From: a virus
Taxonomy: Duplodnaviria; Caudoviricetes
DNA: 64,000 nt
Virus record (IMG/VR): IMGVR_UViG_3300032038_000041
Span: 1 to 64,000 of that record
Reading direction: 5' to 3' (one strand)
A program made the translations under genes and the position numbers. Positions 19,305 to 27,716 of the stretch are shown here, piece after piece. The notes under the pieces were generated by a model. It made no database searches, was not told where the DNA came from, and saw only the letters and a program-made list of their open reading frames with translations. Positions within the stretch are counted from its first letter, which is position 1, and each line of letters starts with the position of its first letter.

Positions 19305-20966
19305 TTAATTTTCAAGATTAATAATTTTGTCTACTTCCTCTGTATAATCATCCTTATTAATGTTTATATTAAGCGTAATTCCATAAGCTTTCTTTTTAAC
19401 TACTGGATCATCAGGATCAATATCATCAGAATCAGGAGAGCCATTACCTAAGCCATTAATATTAATAGTATATCTATAAATTTTTCCTTCTGCCCATTGA
19501 CAATATTCTGATGGGATATATGCTCTAGCATCATATATAGTAGTTCCTCTATATATAAAACTAAACTTAACAGTAAGCCCTATCCCTTGTGTGGTTACTG
19601 GTAACATGTACCAAACTGTAGGACATTGATATGCTGTATTAGCTGAAAAGATTTCTCCGGGAGCAGTAAAAGAAATAGATTGTTCTGTCTTTGTAGAAAT
19701 ATAATTGATTGTAGAAGGAGTAATAGTAACAGTCTCTTTTGTATTATAAGAAGACCAAATAGCATCAGTTCCATCTTCCTTAACTGACGTTGCCGGTAAT
19801 ACTCTCACACCCTCAATCCCTGGGGTAGCAGGAGTTTCTATATTCCTAATCTCTTTATACAAATATCCAGTTTTATTACTAGGTCCACTAAATGCAATTA
19901 TATAATAAAGCCTTCCATTTTTCTTCCAAATATGAACTACATGAAAATTATCATCCGTTTTTGCATAAGTATAGGGAACATGATTTTGTTCGATAGTGAT
20001 TCCCTTATCTACTAAAATTTGTGCAAAAACATCACCCTGGACAGTTTCTCCTTGGTATTGACACCAGATTTCATACGGATGAACTGCTGAACCTTGTACA
20101 TATCCAGTAGATTCATTAGAAAAAGCTTCTTCAACATCAATCTCTTGGGTACCTTCAGCATCTTTATAAAATTTAAACTTGCTATTAAATTTAGCAATCT
20201 CAGCATCAGTAAAATATGATTCTACTCCAGCACTAAACTGATAGTTTCCATAAATTATTGGCTGAATATGCCAAACTTCTTCTTGCTTAGAGCTTGCTGG
20301 TGTAGCTGGTTTGAAATCTATAATCTTAGTACCTGCTTTATCGCTCTTAAAGTTTAGATAAATCTTAGAATTTCCATGTTTAAAATTAAGTGTAGCTCCT
20401 AATGGATAATTTGCTTTAGGAACAGTTGTTTGACAATAAAGAAATTCTTTTGGAGTATCTTCATAACCGTCATTATCAGTAGAAAATGCTTCAACACCTT
20501 CAACAGTAACTACACCCTTGGATAAAGAATGTGTAGTATTAATATTATTAAAAGATGCATAAGATTTCTCTGGAACTACGCCAATAAAATGATACTTACT
20601 AGCTTTATTACTAAACCAACAAGTATCTTGATCTTCACTAACATAAGACCATCCAGAAGTTCTCCACTTTACTAAGTAAGGATTCATAACTTCATCTCCT
20701 AAGTCATTCCAGCAATAAATGCTTAGGTCATCATAGCCTGTTCCTGAAACCGAATTCGAAACAGCTCTTTTTGCTAAACTGCGACCTTTAGTGGCATTAG
20801 AATAATCACTAAACGTAACTGCATACTCACCATTGGCATTTTGTGTTCCTGGATAAATATACCCACCATAAGAAGGGGTAGGTAATGTAATAACAATATC
20901 ATTTTCATTACTACATCCAGAAAAAATCAAAATACCAAAAATAAATGTTAATAATTTTCTCATCAT
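19305..20966 (-). CDS. Fimbrillin/Mfa-like lipoprotein
   Basis: Lipobox FSGC; LNFKHGNSKI and WAEGKIYRYTINI, typical of Bacteroidales fimbrillins. Confidence 0.65.
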   Translation of the reverse strand: MMRKLLTFIFGILIFSGCSNENDIVITLPTPSYGGYIYPGTQNANGEYAVTFSDYSNATKGRSLAKRAVSNSVSGTGYDDLSIYCWNDLGDEVMNPYLVKWRTSGWSYVSEDQDTCWFSNKASKYHFIGVVPEKSYASFNNINTTHSLSKGVVTVEGVEAFSTDNDGYEDTPKEFLYCQTTVPKANYPLGATLNFKHGNSKIYLNFKSDKAGTKIIDFKPATPASSKQEEVWHIQPIIYGNYQFSAGVESYFTDAEIAKFNSKFKFYKDAEGTQEIDVEEAFSNESTGYVQGSAVHPYEIWCQYQGETVQGDVFAQILVDKGITIEQNHVPYTYAKTDDNFHVVHIWKKNGRLYYIIAFSGPSNKTGYLYKEIRNIETPATPGIEGVRVLPATSVKEDGTDAIWSSYNTKETVTITPSTINYISTKTEQSISFTAPGEIFSANTAYQCPTVWYMLPVTTQGIGLTVKFSFIYRGTTIYDARAYIPSEYCQWAEGKIYRYTININGLGNGSPDSDDIDPDDPVVKKKAYGITLNININKDDYTEEVDKIINLEN

Positions 20967-21037
20967 ACGACACTATAAAATTAAAATTACCAAATAAAAT
21001 TAGAAAGACATTCTTATATGTCTTCCATTTTCTTACG

Positions 21038-21109
21038 TGATCCTAGAGGAACTCGAATCCCCACAAATTGGTTTTAGAGACCAACGCATTACCTTTCTGC
21101 CATAGGACC
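21038..21109 (-). tRNA. Amber suppressor tRNA (CTA)
   Basis: GGTCCTA/TAGGATC; TTGGT-CTCTAAA-ACCAA; GGGGA-TTCGAGT-TCCTC; own promoter motif at 21119-21131. Confidence 0.9.
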
Positions 21110-21151
21110 ATTTATCTACATATAAGGCCTGTAGACGGGCACTGCAAAGGT

Positions 21152-21442
21152 TCACAAAGATACCAACTTTAAGTGTTTAAATAATTTTTCATTTCCTAAG
21201 ATAGCCAAAGCTGTTGTTTGTCCTCCTAAATCAGGCTCTTGAAATGATGTGTAATCAATCCCAAGATTCCCGAGTTTATAAGACCATTTTTCAACATTAC
21301 CTTTTAGATAGATAAGATAATTATTATTCCACTGTTGTTCTGGATGATCGAGTAACCATTGAGCTACTACATGACCCCCTTGAACACAGCTATAGATTGG
21401 CTCTAATGTATCACTGACTATTACATATAATCTACTATCCAT
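21152..21442 (-). CDS. Pth2-like (PTH2/PTRHD1 fold) peptidyl-tRNA hydrolase
   Basis: LYVIV..L....VQGGH, FQEPDLGGQTTALA. Confidence 0.65.
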   Translation of the reverse strand: MDSRLYVIVSDTLEPIYSCVQGGHVVAQWLLDHPEQQWNNNYLIYLKGNVEKWSYKLGNLGIDYTSFQEPDLGGQTTALAILGNEKLFKHLKLVSL

Positions 21443-21444
21443 TA

Positions 21445-21942
21445 TTACCATCTTTTAAATATAAGTTCAAGATTTCCGTTAAAATAAGACTTGTAAGATT
21501 TGATCCAATACATAGCCTCATACCAAAGTCTAGTTTCTTCGAAAATATAATCGTCAGGTAATGATTCATCTAAGATATTACTTTTATAGTACTTACACTG
21601 ATTTGGCCTCTTATAAGTTTCACTAAAATAAGCTTTCATTTCTTCAGAGGTTTTAAAATCAAAGCTCCTGGTATGAGTCTTATAATAACACTCTAATAAA
21701 TAATCCTCGAAACTATGAATTCCTCGATTTTCCCAATAGAGTTTTGAGTGTCTCACCCATCTGTACAAAGTGTATAATTTGTCTAACTCTGATGAACGAT
21801 TTTTAATCTCTTCACAAAGTTTCCAATCATCACCATGACCTTTTCTTGCTTTCTTACCATCTTTTTGAGCTTGTGCCTTAATCTGAATTCTATCATAGAT
21901 TTTGGCTGCTATCTCTTTCATAAGTTTAATGTTCGTCTCCAT
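21445..21942 (-). CDS. Hypothetical protein (probable start METNIK)
   Basis: ORF track 21445..22059; ATG at 21942 follows an AT-rich leader. Confidence 0.6.
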   Translation of the reverse strand: METNIKLMKEIAAKIYDRIQIKAQAQKDGKKARKGHGDDWKLCEEIKNRSSELDKLYTLYRWVRHSKLYWENRGIHSFEDYLLECYYKTHTRSFDFKTSEEMKAYFSETYKRPNQCKYYKSNILDESLPDDYIFEETRLWYEAMYWIKSYKSYFNGNLELIFKRW

Positions 21943-22004
21943 AATAGTTAATAATATTTTAATGTTATACCAATTCATATTCGTTGTCGCGTCTGAGTTG
22001 GATA

Positions 22005-22049
22005 TTAACTTGGAGCTCGAACTCGGAACTACCACTTCTGTTTCTTCAT
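22005..22049 (-). other. Candidate leader mini-ORF MKKQKW(TAG)FRVRAPS
   Basis: ATG overlaps TGA of upstream gene (ATGA); internal TAG at 22029-22031; ends TAA. Confidence 0.45.
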
Positions 22050-22663
22050 TGTTTACCAAATTTTAAACTGTTAGTATCAAGTCCAAGCGATCTACGTTTT
22101 GTTTGTATAATTGCTTTTACTTGAGCTGGAATGTAATTATAAAGTAAGATAACCTTACGACACTCTTCTTGATATTCTTTCCAATTATCGCAAGTAATCT
22201 GATCTTTATAATCTAAATTTTCAATTGAACGATCCGCAATCTTCCTGTCTGAACAATATTGTTTTTTATTTACGTCACCTATAAGATTCCGCTTTCCTAA
22301 AACAAATCTTGTAACAGAGTTTGGATCATTCTCCGTAAACTTAAAATTAAGTGCTGAATTAAGAGCAATATACATATTAGTATATTTTCTCGTTTGCTTG
22401 AAAAAACGCCAAGGTTCAATAAATGTAGTAGTTAAAATCTTAGATTTATATCTAGTATTTTTCATACTATCAACATCTCTGAATAATGGCATAACTTCTT
22501 CAATGAGTTTGTTCATGTCGGAAATAACTGCTTTTACAACACGTTCATCTTTAAGTTCACATAGTAATTCTTCAAATCGATCAATGCAGGATGACTGCTC
22601 TGCATTCTTCCTAATAACTGTCATTAACGATCTGACAGATTCTTGATTTACTAAATTTGACAT
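22046..22663 (-). CDS. Hypothetical protein
   Basis: 205 aa ORF. Confidence 0.65.
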   Translation of the reverse strand: MSNLVNQESVRSLMTVIRKNAEQSSCIDRFEELLCELKDERVVKAVISDMNKLIEEVMPLFRDVDSMKNTRYKSKILTTTFIEPWRFFKQTRKYTNMYIALNSALNFKFTENDPNSVTRFVLGKRNLIGDVNKKQYCSDRKIADRSIENLDYKDQITCDNWKEYQEECRKVILLYNYIPAQVKAIIQTKRRSLGLDTNSLKFGKQ

Positions 22664-22688
22664 AATTTATTTATTTTTAAAGTTTCAG

Positions 22689-22773
22689 CGGAGAGTGAGG
22701 GATTCAAACCCCCGGACCATTTCTGATCGGTGCTTTTCAAGAGCACTGCAATAGATCACTCTGCCAACTCTCC
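22689..22773 (-). tRNA. tRNA-Ser(TGA)
   Basis: GTGCT-CTTGAAA-AGCAC, long variable arm, G73. Confidence 0.9.
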
Positions 22774-22780
22774 TTTGTCG

Positions 22781-22852
22781 TGGAGCTACTGGTAATCGAA
22801 ACCAGATTTCTTGCGTGCAAAGCAAGTGTAATAGCCTTTATACTATAACCCC
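22781..22852 (-). tRNA. tRNA-Ala(TGC)
   Basis: G3:U70; CTTGC-TTTGCAC-GCAAG. Confidence 0.9.
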
Positions 22853-22967
22853 AAACAATGATGGAGTTTATAACCATTACCATCATCAGCTACTTACGAT
22901 TAGCGAACCTATTTGATTTTCAGGGATAGATTACGTTACGTTGAGGCGCTACCTCTTCTAATTTCTG

Positions 22968-23050
22968 TGGGAGCAGATGGATTCGAACCACCGTAGGCCA
23001 AAGCCAGTAGATCTACAGTCTACCCTAATTGACCACTCTAGCATACTCCC
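22968..23050 (-). tRNA. tRNA-Tyr(GTA)
   Basis: GTAGA-CTGTAGA-TCTAC, variable arm. Confidence 0.9.
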
Positions 23051-23056
23051 TTATAG

Positions 23057-23139
23057 AGCCGGAAGTCAGATTCGAACTGACGTGTCCTTACGGATCTTGA
23101 TTACAAGTCAAGCGGAGTCGACCGCTGTCCCATTCCGGC
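23057..23139 (-). tRNA. tRNA-Thr(TGT) with long variable arm
   Basis: CTTGA-CTTGTAA-TCAAG then ATCCGTAAGGACAC. Confidence 0.8.
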
Positions 23140-23149
23140 TTTATACTTT

Positions 23150-24478
23150 TTAATCAGTATTATTGTTATTTGTGTCTTTTATTTTTAAAATTTTTAAAAT
23201 TTTTATATTTTTTGTTTTTATTCTTTTTAATCTTTCTTTCGAGATAAGATTTTCTATATTGTATAGGTCAATTTCTTCATGTTCAAGAATTAACTTTACA
23301 TTATACCCTAACTTTTTATAAACATCAAATTTATCTAACATCTCTTGAATGTCTAGAGTAAAATCAGATTTGATTTCTACTATTTCATTTGTTTCAGGTA
23401 AATAAAAATCTGGAACAGCTACTCTTTCTTGTTTTATTGTAGAATCAAAATATTTAATTCTAATTGATTCTACCTCATATTTAATTTTATTAGAGTCTAA
23501 TTCATTAGCGAAATCAATTTCATATGAACTTCTTAAAAATACAGTTTTTCCATCCCAAGAAATATGGTGTTCACTGTGTATATTTTTACCAAATATGTTT
23601 CCCGAGACTAAAATATTAGATTTTCCATTTAATATAGCTAATTTAGCAGATTCTGATAAATCTCTCCGTTTAATATTAAGATGATCTAATATATTATATA
23701 CTGCGCTCTCAGATTTTATATCATATTCTTTCATTAAATCTAGGGCTGATAAGTTTTTTGTCCAATACTTATCATATAATATGTTTCTAATTCTTTCAAA
23801 TTCATTAAATATTTCAAGAGTTCCAATCTTTTTAGGATTAAGCCCAATATTTACTAATCCAATTAATTGTTGAAAATTGTGTTCCTTGCAAAATTCATTT
23901 GTGCAATGATATGTCCCACAAATAGGACAACATCCTGAATTAATATGTACTAATCTTAAGTCAGAATATTTTTCATCAATTAATTTATTGTGTCTATTAG
24001 AACTAATTATTTCTTTTTCGTCATAATTAGTTAATAAATGTTTAACTTTTGTATTCTCTTTTCTAGTTACATACTTTTTATTATTCAATAAATTATTATA
24101 TGAGCATGCACAGGATGAATCGCAAAATATGTTATCTTTTCTCTCATAGGGTATTATCTTTCCGCAATTTTTGCAATATTTAGGATTTTTATAATAATCT
24201 TCTTTAGTCATCTTTTTAGTAAAATGAGAGGTGGATATATTATTAGTTTCACAAAAATCCTTTAATTTAAAATAATTTTTATCATTTGCTGAGCATCTAA
24301 GAATTCTTAAAACCTCTGTTTTATTTTTACTAGTTTTTATTGCTTTAATAATCTCTTCTTTTGCAATGCTTCTAAATAACCTATATTCATTTTTCAATTT
24401 TACAGAAATTTGATTACTATTTTTCATCACTTCTGTCTGGATTGAATTACTAGCTTCTTTAAAACCGTCTTTAATCAT
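23150..24478 (-). CDS. Putative homing endonuclease, PD-(D/E)XK (TnsA-N-like) with zinc motifs
   Basis: CKNC...FCDSSC, CPIC; RSSYE...PDFYLP....VEIKS. Confidence 0.75.
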   Translation of the reverse strand: MIKDGFKEASNSIQTEVMKNSNQISVKLKNEYRLFRSIAKEEIIKAIKTSKNKTEVLRILRCSANDKNYFKLKDFCETNNISTSHFTKKMTKEDYYKNPKYCKNCGKIIPYERKDNIFCDSSCACSYNNLLNNKKYVTRKENTKVKHLLTNYDEKEIISSNRHNKLIDEKYSDLRLVHINSGCCPICGTYHCTNEFCKEHNFQQLIGLVNIGLNPKKIGTLEIFNEFERIRNILYDKYWTKNLSALDLMKEYDIKSESAVYNILDHLNIKRRDLSESAKLAILNGKSNILVSGNIFGKNIHSEHHISWDGKTVFLRSSYEIDFANELDSNKIKYEVESIRIKYFDSTIKQERVAVPDFYLPETNEIVEIKSDFTLDIQEMLDKFDVYKKLGYNVKLILEHEEIDLYNIENLISKERLKRIKTKNIKILKILKIKDTNNNNTD

Positions 24479-24627
24479 AATTTTATTAAATAAATTTAAT
24501 AACTATAATAAAATCTTATCATTATAGAAATGGGGGATTTAAACTTATACTATATACTATGTACACTTAATAGTAAAAATCTCCCTAATAAAATTTAACT
24601 AAAGATTTTATTAAAGTACTTTTCCTG

Positions 24628-24700
24628 TGGATAAGGATGAAATCAAATCACGTTAGTGAGATTTTCAGTCTCATGCATACACCACGTCTGCCACTTATCC
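24628..24700 (-). tRNA. tRNA-Phe(GAA), copy 1
   Basis: TGAGA-CTGAAAA-TCTCA. Confidence 0.85.
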
Positions 24701-24707
24701 AATAAAA

Positions 24708-24852
24708 GCAGAGTTTTTATTTAGGGGAGGGTGTCTTGTTTTTCCAGATAATTAAATACACAACTAACTCTACACACAAAAAGTTTAATTATCTTTCATG
24801 TTGTTCCTACACTACAATTCACTCTGTGACCTCCCCAATGATACGCATCCTC
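24708..24852 (-). ncRNA. Candidate pseudoknotted RNA, copy 1
   Basis: GGGGAGG/CCTCCCC and CAGAGT/ACTCTG interleaved pairings; conserved blocks shared with 26164-26297. Confidence 0.6.
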
Positions 24853-25003
24853 AGTTTTAAGGATTTATATCTCATACTTAAATAAAGAATTAAATCTCTC
24901 TAAAGCGCATTTTCTTCATTTCAGCATATATAAAAAACTCAGAGTCTCTGAAGCGCGTTTTGTAAAGTTTAGAGAAGGATTTTACTCCCTCTCTTCACAA
25001 AAT

Positions 25004-26044
25004 TTACTTAATTTTTACAACTGCAATACGTGAACCAGTCTTACTAGCACCAATTCCTACAGCAGAGTTAACTCGAAGCCCACGATTCTCAAGATAATTC
25101 TTTACGACGTCAGCACGTTTCTGAGAAAGCTTTTTATTATAATCCTTGCTTCCTTCATTTGTTGCCTCTGCTACAATATCAACGATTGCATCCTGACCAA
25201 TACTGTCAAGTATAGTCTTTGCATCATCTGTAAGCTCGGAGCTATCAAATGCAAAACGTACAATCCAAGTATTCTCTTGGTTAGCTGCGGGCACAGGTAC
25301 TTGTATAATTTTCTCTACAACCTGTGGCTTTCTAGCAAGTTCATCCTTCAATTGTGCAATAGTATTCTCATAATCTGTGATATCATATAGCTTAAAATTA
25401 TGCCCCTTATTTGATGTCTTAAACTTATAAATAATACCAGCACTTAGACGAAGAGCTGAATGGTTTACGTCAAATTGAACTTTATCACTTGAATTGAGTG
25501 CATATACGATAGCTGGTTCAACATAAACCTGCCATGCCTTCTTTTTTCCAAGATTAAATGCAAAATCAATACCAAGCTTAGAAGTCAAATAATTACCTTT
25601 GACAGAGGGTATACGATCACCGTAAACATGACCCCAACCAAGTCCTGCAATAGGAATGGTCTCAAACGTCTTAGGTTCGCCACCGTATCCATTGATAAGA
25701 TTAGTAAGGTTCATTGTTGTAAGCACAGAAATGTTACTGGACTTGATAAATGTTCCAGTATTAGGATGGGGATTATTATCAAAATAAGCTTCTCCATCTA
25801 CTGCTACACCCCAAATAGGAGTAATCCACTTTCCTACACGTACACCCGCTGTAGTACTCAGGTTCTTCCAGAATGTTCCACCATCAACGGTTTTGTATCC
25901 TGCACCAACATTAAGTCCTACATACACATTGTCAAAAATGTTTGACTGAGTCTGTCTAGCCAAAACTTGCTTCTCAATTACTTGAGCGTTTACACCAAGG
26001 ACTACTGCCATTAGCATAAACATACATAAAATTGTCTTCTTCAT
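25004..26044 (-). CDS. OmpA-family outer membrane protein (Bacteroidales type)
   Basis: Signal peptide, beta-barrel strands, VRFAFDSS...YNKKLSQKRADVVKNYL. Confidence 0.9.
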   Translation of the reverse strand: MKKTILCMFMLMAVVLGVNAQVIEKQVLARQTQSNIFDNVYVGLNVGAGYKTVDGGTFWKNLSTTAGVRVGKWITPIWGVAVDGEAYFDNNPHPNTGTFIKSSNISVLTTMNLTNLINGYGGEPKTFETIPIAGLGWGHVYGDRIPSVKGNYLTSKLGIDFAFNLGKKKAWQVYVEPAIVYALNSSDKVQFDVNHSALRLSAGIIYKFKTSNKGHNFKLYDITDYENTIAQLKDELARKPQVVEKIIQVPVPAANQENTWIVRFAFDSSELTDDAKTILDSIGQDAIVDIVAEATNEGSKDYNKKLSQKRADVVKNYLENRGLRVNSAVGIGASKTGSRIAVVKIK

Positions 26045-26087
26045 CTTTAAATTTGTTGTTAAAATCATTTGTGTTTTTAAAGGTTTG

Positions 26088-26160
26088 GGGGCCCTCGTGA
26101 AATCGAATCACGTTAGTGAGATTTTCAGTCTCATGCATACACCACGTCTGCCAAAGGCCC
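26088..26160 (-). tRNA. tRNA-Phe(GAA), copy 2
   Basis: Core nearly identical to copy 1, different acceptor stem GGGCCTT/AGGGCCC. Confidence 0.85.
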
Positions 26161-26163
26161 ATT

Positions 26164-26297
26164 AACAGGGTTTTTATTTTGGAGAGGTTGTCTTACTTTC
26201 ACACCATTACTTATTAGTCAACCCGGGAGTAATGGGAATGTTGTTCCTACACTCAGTAATTTACCCTGCTTCCTCTCACCAATGATACGCGATCCTG
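26164..26297 (-). ncRNA. Candidate pseudoknotted RNA, copy 2
   Basis: GAGAGG/CCTCTC and CAGGGT/ACCCTG; compensatory changes relative to copy 1. Confidence 0.6.
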
Positions 26298-26378
26298 GGT
26301 AAAATAAACCCAAGACAGTATCTCTTCCTCTTATAAGAATTTCAGGGCCTCTTAAACGCAAAAAGCCTTATTAATGTG

Positions 26379-27716
26379 ATGAAATATAAGAATTATTATT
26401 GGGAAGAGAGTAAATTGTTTACATTAAAAGAAGAAAATAGAAAATTAATAAGTAATACAAATATGTCTCCTCAGCAAGTAGAAGAACTTTTCTTAAATTG
26501 GAAAGATCTGTTCTGGAATGTTAGAGGAGCAGACTATACTAAATGGAAACATTATCGTCAACCCTGGTTTAGGGAAAAAGAGAAAGAATTTCCATTTTAT
26601 GATTATGGAGCTACTTGCCGACTAGTAATTTTTGATACATTCGAGGACAAACAAATAATCCGAGTTTGTGGTCATTACGAGTATGATAATAAAAAATGTT
26701 ATCTGAGTGAAGGAGGAAGATTTCTAATAGATCCAAAAACAAGACTAATAACTGATATTATTTTACCAGATACTAGATATAATCATCCTAAAACTTATCT
26801 TCCATTCTTAGATAGTGAGTATAATAAAATACATTATCAACTAGGTGGATATTCATCTGGTTTACATTGGAATAATCCAGAAAGAACTATATTTATCTTT
26901 CGTAAAATGGCTCCAGGAATAAAACCAGAAGGTGTTATAAAGAGACTTATGAAAATGATCTTTGAATATGATAATACTGTTGGTAAGAATGATACTTGGG
27001 GAAGAACGCTAGTGAGGGACATGGAATGGTTTGTTCAAGGAGGAATTCCAGAAATATTATGGAAAGAGGCACCCTGGTTGAGAGATCACTTATTTAATGC
27101 TCATGTATTTACTGATCCGCTAATAGATCAATTAAGTTATAAGTACGATTCACTACGAATAGCTATAAAACATGGGCTATTTAAGAAAGTTGTAAATACT
27201 GAAGACCTTCAGCTTTGGCTTGATATAGTGAAAATGATGGGAAGATTAAAGCTGGATAAACGAAATCCAAAATTTCTAGTCCCTGAAAACCTTAGGGAAT
27301 TTCATGATACACTAGTAAAACGAATAAATAGGAATACTATCCTCAGTAAAGCTAAGGCAGAAAGAAATCAAGCAAGAAGTTTAAACATAAAGGCCCTTGA
27401 TCAAACTTATGCAGAGACACATCAAGGTTGGCTGGAAAAAATATGGGAAAATGAAAACTTTATCTGTAAACCACTTCAAGATATAAAAGAATTCTTAGAA
27501 GTTGGAATTAAGATGAGTAATTGTATATTTTCAGCTAGATATTATATGAAGGAGACCTCTCTTATTTGTAAAATCATAGATAAGACTAGTAACGGTATTC
27601 TAGAAATTGCTGAACTTAGTTTACCTGGACTCCAAATTCTTCAATGTTCAGGTGCAAGTAATAAACTATCCCCTAGACATTCAGAAATTATAGACTTTTT
27701 GAAAAATGGCAAATGA
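26379..27716 (+). CDS. PcfJ-like domain protein
   Basis: NPKFLVPENL.E.HD; PLQ..KEF..VG.KMSNCI...YY....SLI. Confidence 0.75.
   Translation: MKYKNYYWEESKLFTLKEENRKLISNTNMSPQQVEELFLNWKDLFWNVRGADYTKWKHYRQPWFREKEKEFPFYDYGATCRLVIFDTFEDKQIIRVCGHYEYDNKKCYLSEGGRFLIDPKTRLITDIILPDTRYNHPKTYLPFLDSEYNKIHYQLGGYSSGLHWNNPERTIFIFRKMAPGIKPEGVIKRLMKMIFEYDNTVGKNDTWGRTLVRDMEWFVQGGIPEILWKEAPWLRDHLFNAHVFTDPLIDQLSYKYDSLRIAIKHGLFKKVVNTEDLQLWLDIVKMMGRLKLDKRNPKFLVPENLREFHDTLVKRINRNTILSKAKAERNQARSLNIKALDQTYAETHQGWLEKIWENENFICKPLQDIKEFLEVGIKMSNCIFSARYYMKETSLICKIIDKTSNGILEIAELSLPGLQILQCSGASNKLSPRHSEIIDFLKNGK

Noticed and set aside
20970-21037. HDV-like (theta) ribozyme downstream of the suppressor tRNA
   Set aside because: Only a simple AT-rich hairpin; no nested double pseudoknot visible
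25974-26162. 62-aa ORF
   Set aside because: Overlaps tRNA-Phe and the ompA start
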